A stretch of DNA of 64,000 nucleotides from Tubiluchus corallicola. Its lineage: Eukaryota; Animalia; Priapulida. Under the pieces are notes generated by a model. The model made no database searches. It was not told where the DNA came from and saw only the letters and a program-made list of their open reading frames with translations. Positions 50,401-59,886 of this stretch are shown here, in pieces. The first letter of the stretch is position 1. Each line of letters starts with the position of its first letter. A program made the translations under genes and the position numbers. The stretch lies in assembly GCA_030141605.1 (NCBI GenBank), contig JAQGDQ010000460.1:62001-126000 (forward strand), read 5' to 3'.

Positions 50401-53400
50401 TTCAATTTTCACTTTCATGTGCAACGCACATGGAATGTTTGTGTTATTGAAAATTATGTTCAGTTATGATGTCATCATTATTATTTAATTTCCAGAAGTG
50501 CTTTGGCATTATTATAGGTGTTAAAATGTATACCATTAGTCCATTACCGTACTTCAAAATTCGGTAGAATATGAAAGTCATCCTGTTTTCCTTTAATGAG
50601 GCAAATCTTTCTCTTGTCTGAAGAACACACTGCAATACATTCACACATCCACACATTTCTGTAAATAAAATCTTTAAACTTTATCAATTATTGAGTCATA
50701 CATTTCAACTTTTTGGCTGCAAGTATCACTTTCAGTGCATCTCGTACAGAATGTGGATAGTCAGTCGAACTCGTGTAATGGAGGTGTAGCTCCTCTTCTG
50801 AGATGGTAGGGTACGTGTTGTCCGTGTCGTAGTAACCGTGCTTGTAAACAGGAGCTTGTACTAATTTCTGCAAAAATAACTTTTCCATGAGCTATGAAAT
50901 AATGAATATAACCTTCTTCTTCTTCTTCTTCTTCTTCTTCTTCAAAATATCATTCCACCTGTTGTAGGCATTGAGGTCTCAACATTTATTAGAGTATTCC
51001 ACCTACTTCTATCTGCAGCTAACAGCGTAAGTTCTTCTACTTCTAAAAATAGATTTTGTTGAAGTTGTTGAACATCTTTCTTTATCTATGCTATCCAAGT
51101 TGTTTTGGGTTTATCAGGTGGCTTTTTGCAAGGTTTTAAGGCTTCCTTTAAGGCAACTCTTACTGGTTCTTCATTTGGTAATCTTGGAAGATGTCCTAGC
51201 CATCTTAATCTTCGGATTTTGACTTTTGAACTCCTATAAATTTCTTTTGTTCTGGTGCATAAATCTTCATTTTGATATGATGATATGATATATCTTCATT
51301 CATATAAATTTTTGATTATGTATGGCCATCTTATCCTTAAAGCTTTCCTAACAATTCAAATATGTCATTCGAAAACACGCAAAAAGAACAAGAACTCAGA
51401 GACGTAAGTTCATTACTTTTGCGTTACTTGTACATAGTAGTACGGTGATTGACTTGCGGAAGCCTGCCTGATTCCAAACATACATACTGTGAGATATAAT
51501 ATTCAGAGAAATCTACAAATTAGTCCAGAAATGTGACACAGAGACAAAAGAGATATACTACTTTTATCTAAGTTTTCTCAGGATAATGAAGCAGAGAAAA
51601 ACAGCTATACTTCTTTAGTCTAAGCCTGTTTGCAAAGTAGTGCAAGAGCAAAATAGCTATACTACTTTATTGTGCTATAACTCTATGCCTCGATAGCTTA
51701 TGCAACAGTGCAAACTTATTTTCATGATCAACAGAAACATTCATTTTGTACATTCATCAGTTACCTTGTAAAATTGTCAAGCTGTAGGGGTGCAGGATTG
51801 CAGTATGTAACCAGACAAGTACATAAAACGTGGTCTTTATTAATTACATGTATTTGCATAGCGCTTATATTCAAGCAGTCTGCGCAACAGCTTGTTGTGT
51901 AACACCTTGCACCTGTTCGTTATGTGGCACTTATATAAAAGCTGCCTCAATAACTGCCTGTGGTGTGTTATAAAATGCGCCCTTTACATGAATGTGAAAG
52001 TATGCATATTTTGCGAGTAGAATAAGAATGTGAAGCCCCTCAAACTTTGACGCCCTAATTTATAGCGTAGTTTGCCTATTGGTTAACATGCCCATGACTC
52101 TTAATGTGCTCCGCAAGATAAAAACCGTTTCTATTCAACAGTTTTACTATAGTCATATTACTAAATACCAAAACTAAAATGTGAAGACAAATTGTGGCAT
52201 CATTATATTCAGAAGTCGAGAAACCTTCTAAAGCGCAAGAATACGAATTTGCAGTCCTAAAGTTCTGGTTTGTTTCCGCTTAAATTTGAAATGAAATAAG
52301 CATCAGACTTACCCGAATGTGTGGCAGTAAGCGTACAAGCAATGTTACAGCAGGAATAGTAAGATTAGTATCCATGTCTGTACTCTTTAACTGAGACAAG
52401 TCATCGAATGTGGGTAGTCCTGCATGTAACCTCAACTGATGTCCACCAACATTGAGCACGGCCTATACAAAGTTCAACCATACTACTTCTTGATAGCATA
52501 GAATACCAATCGACTATATGCTGGCTTGCAATACAACGCGACTCATCTATTTATTTTCTAGATGGCCGATTTTTTATTGACCAATTTCAGATGGAAGCTT
52601 AAAATTGTGTTAGTTGTATATTTAGTTATCTGTTAATAATAACTGGTAATTGTTTTTGTTTATCTGTTAATAATAACTGGTAATTGTTTTTGTTTATCTG
52701 GTAATGATGACTGGTAATTGGTTTTTTAATCTGGTAATGATAACTGGTAATTTATTTTGTTAACTGGCAATAATAACTGGTAATTATTTTTGTTTATCTG
52801 CTAATGACAACTGGTAATTGTTTTTCAATCTGGTAATGATAACTAGCATTGCTTTTGTTTATCTGGTAATGATAACTGGTAATTGTTTTGCTTTATCTGG
52901 TAATGATAACTGGTAATTGTTTTTGTTTATTTGGTATTGATAACTAGTATTGCTTTTGTTTATCTGGTAATGATAACTGGTAATTGTTTTGCTTTATCTG
53001 CTAATGTTAACGATTGCTATTATTAGGTTAAACGTGTTTTAAATGTTCACAAATAACAGATGCAAGTAACACATGCAGAGAGAACACCACAGCTCAGCCC
53101 TACATATTTGTTTAAGGAACACCAGTAGCCATAAAATAAAAGTCCCACTAAAGATCCTAACAGTCAAACAATATTATTACATTTTTGAGATGTGCAAAGA
53201 TGTAATCAATAATTCTCTCTGTGTTAAAATAGATGGCTTGGAAACTTCAAAGCTAAAATTACTTTTATAATTCATTAAATAGCCCTCTAAATTCCAGTGC
53301 CTGAAGTGGCTGGTGTGCAAAAAAGTAAGAAAACAGAAGACAGTGTGACATCCCCATGGGGGTAACACTACTGTATAGGGTGTTCCAAAAAAACCCAGAA

Positions 53401-56400
53401 CGGAATAGAAATATGACAAATGTCAGAAGACTCTTTTCTTCTTTATTATGACATCACAATAGTGTAAATGTAATACAATACTTTTAGATCATTACTTCAC
53501 GTAACAGGCACGTAACATGATTACACTTGCTGAAATTTATGTTGAACATTGGCATGGTTATAGAATTTGTTAAAGTACTTTTCTAAGAAAACCCTGTGAT
53601 AAATAATTATACAAACTAACAAGCCTTTTTGTTGTCCCAGCGATTGACGATGATCGTGAAAATGTCAAAGGTTAAGTGTACCGGAGAACGCATTTATCTG
53701 GCAGCACATGCTATTGTAGTAGTAACAGTTTTAATATGTTTTAACAGCTAGCTGGAACATTACCTAGTTCTTTTTTTCTTGTTCCCAAGCAAGATCCTGC
53801 TAGTAAATTACTCTACACACAGAGACTAATGCGTAATTAAGTAAAGTTCACGTAAAACAACCGGAGTTACTGAACTGAAGCGGCAGAACACTTTGCTTTA
53901 CCACACGTCACGTGGCGGTAGTAGTTAAGACGCGTTGCTGTGGTACGCTGAACCTTTGACCTACAGCAACTGCGCGTGCGCACAACGAAACTGTGGAAAG
54001 GATTATTGTTTGAAACAGAACTTTCAAACTGTCATTCAAAATCATGTTTAGAAGGTCAACGTCATCATTGGAGCACAGCCTAGTTTCATTGATTCTTTTA
54101 TCCAAGGCAGTTAAAACATTTTCCATTGTTAGCTACTGACTTACTTTTTGAAAAAAAAACACTTACTTTCTCATTGTTTTCATTCTTGAATAAAGAAAGC
54201 AAGCAAGAGCCAATGACAACTAAATGACAGGTGTCGACATCTACTGTGTAAACTCGAAGTAAAAGGATGGCTTTGGGATTTAATTGCTTTCTCTGAAATA
54301 TGAGAAATAAAACTACATAGAGATAAACGAAGAAACTACCACAAAAACGTATTTATTTATTACAAAATTCAAAATACTTGAGGTTTCCATACAAACAGCA
54401 TAAAAAGTTAAAAATTAAAGGGGAACAGAAGGCCTTCGATGTTATACAAAATTATATTACTTAGCGTTACGCTTACCTGCTTAAAAGACTTACGTAAATA
54501 GAAAAGAAAATTCTTACTAATTTAAAATATTTGGACTGCCTGCTAAAACGGCACTATATTGCCATCCCAGGGTGCACCACTGATTCACCAAACAACACAT
54601 TAATCTACGAATAATCTGATTATTTTTGCAAACTTTACGTAATGTTACCTAAACTTCTTCAAACGACCTATCGTAAAAATGGCTGCACCTGACGGTCGTC
54701 GCGGGCGCAGAAGTTTATAAATTTACAAGTTTTATACAACATTGCTGATAATACAAGCTCTGTCCACAATGAAACGACATATAAATTACACAAAATTTCA
54801 AAACGTGTTTTTTTATCTTGACGCATGTAAATTTTTTTTGTGCTTCAAGCTTAACTGCACAAACAAACACGCAGGGCGCAAATACGTAAGCCTGAAAAAT
54901 TGTGCACATCGTTACACATCTTGTTTAATCTAAATAAAGAAATGTCCTTCTTACCTCCTTGTTGATGGTATGACGGTATACAAACGACGGACACCTGGCC
55001 GTGCTGTTCAAGAGTGGAAATGCTAAAATATCGGGAATTATAATATTGTCGCCAGGATTTAGCACCCTGCCTACAACCTGTCAAAAAATTTCACGTTATT
55101 ATGTCAGAGCTGCAGCTACATTTTTTACTTCGCACAATTTTCTTTTCTTGTGTATTTTTTGCTCACACAAAACTGCAAATAAGCCACTGAGCACTTAAAG
55201 TAAGGAAGACCATTAAAAAATCTAGAACAGAAAAGTTTCTGTTAAATGCAACACAAGCACTTATCCATCACTACATGTTTTGCTTAAGATAACACAAATA
55301 AATACGCGGGACCACATATTCACACACTAATACAACACAAGCACATACTCGACGATGCACCGTACCACCACAACCAAAGCACAAGAACGTAGCCGGGACA
55401 CACATTCCCACACAAACACAACACAAGAACATACACAAGGCCATGTACTCCCAAACAAACACAACACAAGAACATACACAAGGCCATGTACTCCCAAACA
55501 AACACAACATAAGAACATACACAAGGCCACCTGTTCCTACACAAACACAACATAAGAACATACACAAGGCCACCTGTTCCCAAACAAACACAACATAAGA
55601 ACATACACAAGGCCACCTGTTCCTACACAAGCACAACATAAGAATATACACAAGGCCACCTGTTCCTACACAAGCACAACATAAGAATATACACAAGGCC
55701 ACCTGTTCCTGCACAAGCACAACATAAGAATATACCAGAAAGCACATATTCTTGCTCAACCATAACCCAAGAACATACCTGGAAGCTAAACATTCAATCT
55801 CTAACAAAATACAAGAACAAGCCCAATGCCACAAATTCCAATACAAACACAACACAAGAAACAAATGCACCATAAGAACATTCCTGGAACCACACATTAC
55901 ACACAAACACAACACAAGAACGTATCCAAGACCTCATGTTCCTACACAAACACAAAGAAGAACATACATGGGGCACAAGCTCCTGTTCAAAGATAAACAT
56001 AAAAAATACAGTGCCATTGAAAACTTTACACAGGAATGCACAGTGCCACAGATGTCCAATGGAGTCCACAGATGTCCACAAGTCCAGTGTCCACATTGTC
56101 CATATAAGCATAACCCCCTGGTATTGCACAGGGTCATACAAACATAGTGCAAGAACCATATGCAACATGCTCCCATATAAACATAACACAAACACATGCC
56201 CTAAACCACATATTCTTGTGCAATAATATAATATAATACAAGAACATAACCAAGGCCCTGCTTTCTTGTTCAAACACAACACAAGAACACAACGGGATGC
56301 GTATTCTTGCGCAAACATACACAAGGCAACAGATTCCTGCAGAAATAATAACACAAGAGTGTAGCTATAGGGCTACACAAACATAACACAAGCACATACA

Positions 56401-56870
56401 CTTTTCTCTACTAAAACTACATAAAAAGCACACAGGTTCACACATTCCTGGACACACTGCAAGAACATAACCCATGGTCATACATTCCTGTACAAACAGA
56501 ATATAAGAGGATAGCTCGGATTCCGCATCCCTGCAAAGCATCGGACAGTAATATAGACGTGGCCACACATTCCTACACAAGCTCTTTCAATGCATTTAAT
56601 TTCTGTTAACGAATAATTACTTTAACTATCATGAAACAAAACAAAAACAGCAAAATCAGAACCTTGATTACTGAGGCATTGTCCGTGAGAAAGCGACACT
56701 GATCTATGTAAACGTCGAATGGCTCCCATGTCGAAGTTGCTTGAGGTATCAAAGTAAGGACTGATTTTAATCTAGGTTCCCATATTGCACCAATACTGGG
56801 TCGATTCTCGTTAGTAAGAGGTGAGCTTCTGCCTACAGTGGAATAAGTTGGTTCTTCTTGACTTATTTGC
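43106..56870 (-). CDS. Uncharacterised multi-exon gene encoding two C2-like domains; 5'-incomplete, terminal exon uncertain
   Basis: Join: 56870-56663, 55077-54955, 54292-54167, 52462-52313, 50867-50702, 48737-48576, 47882-47722, 46630-46449, 45487-45349, 44255-44187, 43631-43422 (1696 nt, no stops, GT-AG, phases agree). Possible last exon 43132-43106 (FQRYFGSA*). Confidence 0.85.
43422..43631 (-). CDS. C2-like gene exon (VRDYLLDVASRREKYLKS...HQRLFGKALTKLV)
   Basis: ttttgtag / GTG|gtaagt; 210 nt, phase 0-0. Confidence 0.83.
44187..44255 (-). CDS. C2-like gene exon (EGSCIEVWICDGHFEIDEAPSMP)
   Basis: tcttccag / CCA|gtgagt; 69 nt, phase 0-0. Confidence 0.8.
45349..45487 (-). CDS. C2-like gene exon (KYVLPGKFVTPLFKSWPSDEFLES...KELKLL)
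   Basis: tatttcag / TTG|gtatgt; phase 2-0. Confidence 0.83.
45555..45960. repeat. 36-bp (18-bp-based) minisatellite
   Basis: gtcacagcagcaaatgtcgacatagtaacagatggt repeated, degenerating rightwards. Confidence 0.9.
46449..46630 (-). CDS. C2-like gene exon (VIHPQRDTHTCLLVSLYGMQG...YLGFGIIPLFRG)
   Basis: tgcacag / GG|gtataa; phase 0-2. Confidence 0.83.
47625..47685 (-). other. 61-nt hairpin (25-bp stem, 11-nt loop) in an intron of the C2-like gene
   Basis: gctttaggctcgtgaaacccttaat-ggcaggggttg-attaagggtttcacaagcctaaagc; the single mismatch is a G.U pair on the minus strand. Confidence 0.8.
47722..47882 (-). CDS. C2-like gene exon (KCEGMFVLAFGRIVPG...DYTSLQKCPKWLDGPM)
   Basis: tttaag / ATG|gtatgt; phase 1-0; C2-type P.W motif. 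Confidence 0.83.
48576..48737 (-). CDS. C2-like gene exon (PEDDEAFSVQY...GIAVQIKGAHGLP)
   Basis: acacgcag / G|gtgagc; phase 1-1; start of the second C2-like domain (V.I.GA.GLP). Confidence 0.87.
50065..50420. repeat. 178-bp tandem duplication, nearly identical copies
   Basis: gcaattcgctagttagacggg starts at 50065 and 50243. Confidence 0.93.
50702..50867 (-). CDS. C2-like gene exon (KLVQAPVYKHGYYDTDNTYPTISEEELHLHY...AAKKLK)
   Basis: tttttgcag / T|gtatga; phase 0-1. Confidence 0.85.
50913..51350 (-). mobile_element. RTE-clade LINE 3' remnant with (GAA)n tail
   Basis: Minus strand gives KIRRLRWLGHLPRLP..KPKTTW..AADRSRW, diagnostic of the RTE C-terminus; contains stops. Confidence 0.85.
52313..52462 (-). 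CDS. C2-like gene exon (AVLNVGGHQLRLHAGLP...IPAVTLLVRLLPHIR)
   Basis: ttgtatag / CGG|gtaagt; 150 nt, phase 0-0. Confidence 0.88.
52626..53010. repeat. ~34-bp minisatellite (tttatctggtaatgataactggtaattgtttttg)
   Basis: About 11 tandem copies read directly. Confidence 0.9.
54167..54292 (-). CDS. C2-like gene exon (RKQLNPKAILLLRVYTVDVDTCHLVVIGSCLLSLFKNENNEK)
   Basis: tatttcag / AAA|gtaagt; 126 nt; typical C2 strand pattern L.LRVY...IG...L.L. Confidence 0.88.
54955..55077 (-). CDS. C2-like gene exon (VVGRVLNPGDNIIIPDILAFPLLNSTARCPSFVYRHTINKE)
   Basis: ttttgacag / GAG|gtaaga; 123 nt, phase 0-0. Confidence 0.88.
55280..56580. repeat. 43-bp minisatellite with homogeneous core (~55410-55735) and degenerate flanks
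   Basis: cacaacataagaacatacacaaggccacctgttcctacacaaa; explains the Cys/Val-rich spurious ORFs here. Confidence 0.9.
56663..56870 (-). CDS. C2-like gene exon (QISQEEPTY...WEPFDVYIDQCRFLTDNASVIK); most 5' exon found
   Basis: Acceptor atttttag, starts in phase 2 with no ATG; donor AAG|gttctg. Confidence 0.8.
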
Positions 56871-58599
56871 CTAAAAATATCAATACAGTAGAGTTCTACA
56901 GAAAAATACAGTTCAGCACAATGGCAGCTCGTGTATAGGTACTGTGGAACTGCAGCACCCCCTATTTCATTCAATATTATCGACAATATTCAATATATGT
57001 CTTTTTTCTTTAGTTCTTTCTTTATAGTTGCATGGTTCAGAGCACATGTGGGTAGTACTGTTTGCTTCACAGCCCAGCACAGTGGTGTGTTTGGCTTTGT
57101 GCGCAAGCGGCCATGCGCACATGTCTGAAGGCGCTGTACTTAGGTAGAGAGAGTACAGTCACTCACGCAGTATGTATTGTCAGCTGTCACATTCTTAAAA
57201 GCAATGAATTGCGACAATTTAGGCCATTCGTAAGCAAACAATGATTTTTGTTTAGGATTTTATCAAGTTTACGCATAAATTTTTGTATGTTTGTTTGTTT
57301 AAAAAAATTACAATTTGCAGCTTCAAAATTACATACGTTTGTTACGTTTTGCACTGTATTAAAACAACGGCTAAAAAGTTTCTGAAGCTATGAGCTTTTA
57401 CTGGTTCAGCAGCATAATTATGAGTGTTACAGAACACTACAGTACTATAGTGAGATCTATTTCTATATTACAGTACAGTACAGTGCACAATGAAGAGCAG
57501 TGTGGTCCATCCATCATTTCTTACACGATTAGATGCATTGTAAGGTAGTGAGAGTAAGACATCAGTGGCAAGACATCAACAACATTGTATATATATATAT
57601 AATCCCTCTATGGTTTAACCACCTACAATCACTGTGTTGAATAAAACTTCGCAGGGTGAGTATCGAACCCCGGCAGCCGCAAGCCATTCACAGGAAGTAA
57701 ACGTGTGTTTTCATGCGGACAAAAATAAACTTCTCGGATAGAAAACATAACCGCCAAAGATGTCATAGCCAAGTTCGTTTGTTTACAGAAGTAGAGCGTA
57801 ACGTTAAGAGGTTATAAGATACAACTACCCGTCGTGATGACTATTTTCAGAAAATGTAGATATTGTCATCAAATAAAACGAAAAGTGTTACTTATAGAAC
57901 TGAACTAAATCCGAATTTTAGTGTCCATTTTGTCTATAGTAATAACAGCATTTCTGAACATACACGTATTTGTTTTTTCTCACATAAGACCTACTATCCC
58001 GTAGTCAATAAAATAGTTAACTAACTAGATGATGGAGGTGGAGAAAGGGCGGAAAATTAGAAAACTATGAAGGATGAAATCTCCGAAATTAAGTACTGAA
58101 GACGCTGCGGTACCACACCAGTAATTAAAGCCAATTACATAGTCACTCAGGAAGGCAAATAGGTGAAGTTAGTACCCCAAAAGAAACTTGCCAAAAGCAG
58201 TTATCCTAGCAGTCACGATGTCAATTATTCAAAAAGCTGAACGCTGTTTAATTTCACTTGCTAGACACGCAGAACATCCACAAAGCTATTTCATCACCCC
58301 CCAAATTGAGAATTGGGTTAGCTCTTTCACTTAACATAATGAGTTAACACTTCTATTGTGCAAGTACTTCGTCCAAATAAAGCTGTTTAATTACGAGTGA
58401 TACAAAGCTCTACGTTTCCAACATAAAGAAGCTAACAAAGCCGGCATCCACAGACAAATAGCCATGCAGGACTAGTGTGAAAGAGGAAAACAAACATTCA
58501 CAAATAAACAACTAGTACTACTGTTTGCTATGTGTTGTCACCCAAACACATTGACAGAGTACACATTGCATACAAGTAGCAGAGCAACATAATTTGTTA

Positions 58600-58891
58600 C
58601 TTACATTTGAGCTTATTAATACCAGTTGCACAGAACAGAATTTTAGCTATGCCATTATGTTATACTTGGCCAATGTTGAGTTTGCAGAGCACCTGCTTAC
58701 CATTAAGCACAATAACCACACAAATTTACATTCACAATTTAAGCATTGTTATGGTCACCGTGCTTAATGGCAAATAGGTGCACTGGAAACTCAACACTGG
58801 GTAAGTATAATAGAATGGTACTGCTAAAATTCTACTCAGAGCAACTTTAAGCTTCTTTCCATTAAGCTTAAATATAAGCAATAACTTGTAA
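58600..58891. repeat. Long imperfect inverted repeat (fold-back or MITE remnant) just upstream of GPCR copy 1
   Basis: Arms ~58624-58710 and ~58760-58846, e.g. cattaagcac/gtgcttaatg, agaattttagc/gctaaaattct, ttatactt/aagtataa. Confidence 0.75.
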
Positions 58892-59061
58892 ACTTTTCAC
58901 GTATTGACACTTAAATGGCAGATGAAAATGGGGTATTTAGAAGTGAAAATAAAGTTTGTGACTTTGTGACATTTTAGAGCACAATACTCGAGAGAGTTAC
59001 TCAGCTGCTCATGATAAGCGACTGGTGCACAGCCAAACAAGGAACATACCTAGAATGCAAA

Positions 59062-59886
59062 ATGTTTAATTTTACAGTAAATGTGACAGATTCGACAGAG
59101 CAAAAAAGCTTGCAAATTGTTTTATACTTGTATGTGTTTACTGCTGTGGCTATAATTACTGGCAACGTGTTAGTTCTAGTCGCAGTTTATAAGTACACAC
59201 AGCTGCAGACGAAAACGAATGCACTGATCGTGTCTCTAGCTGTGACAGACTTACTAGTCGGAATATTGGTGCTTTCAGAAACAATCCATTCTAGACTATC
59301 TTATTCATTTTTAAGTCAATCTATTCTAGTGCTATTGACAAGTGTGAGCATAATACATCTATGTGTTATAGCTGCAGAAAGATATCTGGCCGTTTTACAG
59401 CCCTATAAGTATAATAACTACATTACAAAGAAGACAATGACAGCTTGTATTTGTGTCGTTTGGTTTCTTGGATTTACTACAGCCTGCCTGCTTCAAGTAC
59501 TAGAAATTACTGGAAGACCTGATTTAAAAACAGCGGTGGATAGAGTGCTATTCTTTTATTTGCCTATAATCACACTCTTAGTATTATGTGCATCAATATG
59601 GAAGGCTGCACGAAGGCAAGTGTTGAGAATTCATCAAGAAAATCCACAGACTAGTGTAAACGTGGCAGAAATGAAAGCAACAAAGATGTTACTTGTGGCC
59701 ACTGTTGTATTTTTTATTTGTTGGGGGCCTTATTTCGCCATTAGAAAATCGTATTCTGAGGAAAATAGTCTAAACATCTTTTCGCTATCGTTTGGATTTT
59801 CCAACAGTTTTGCTAATCCAATAGTCTATGCCGTAATGAATAGCAAGTTTAGAGCAGCTTTCAAGAAAATCTGTTTGTGCAAGTAA
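59062..59886 (+). CDS. Intronless class A (rhodopsin-like) GPCR, copy 1, ~274 aa, orphan (ORF opens at 59011)
   Basis: Seven hydrophobic segments with GN(1.50), SLAVTD(2.50), ERY, W4.50, CWGP, NSFANPIVY and helix-8 FRAAF..C.C. Start placed at 59062 because MFNFTVNVT aligns with MVNFTANMT of copy 2. Confidence 0.93.
   Translation: MFNFTVNVTDSTEQKSLQIVLYLYVFTAVAIITGNVLVLVAVYKYTQLQTKTNALIVSLAVTDLLVGILVLSETIHSRLSYSFLSQSILVLLTSVSIIHLCVIAAERYLAVLQPYKYNNYITKKTMTACICVVWFLGFTTACLLQVLEITGRPDLKTAVDRVLFFYLPIITLLVLCASIWKAARRQVLRIHQENPQTSVNVAEMKATKMLLVATVVFFICWGPYFAIRKSYSEENSLNIFSLSFGFSNSFANPIVYAVMNSKFRAAFKKICLCK

Noticed and set aside
53908-54126. 72-aa ORF (MENVLTALDKR...) as a first exon
   Set aside because: Lies in an intron whose flanking exons join in phase; no convincing donor in a useful phase.
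55271-56354. Cys/Val-rich ORFs of 214 and 186 aa and overlapping ones
   Set aside because: Products of the 43-bp minisatellite inside an intron; open in several frames, with no splice support.
57834-57903. C/D-box snoRNA (GTGATGA...CTGA)
   Set aside because: No terminal stem, no recognisable rRNA guide, and antisense to the presumed host gene.
59011-59061. Upstream ATG as the start of GPCR copy 1
   Set aside because: The paralogue aligns from 59062 (MFNFT/MVNFT), which also has A at -3. The 17-aa extension is not excluded but is less likely.
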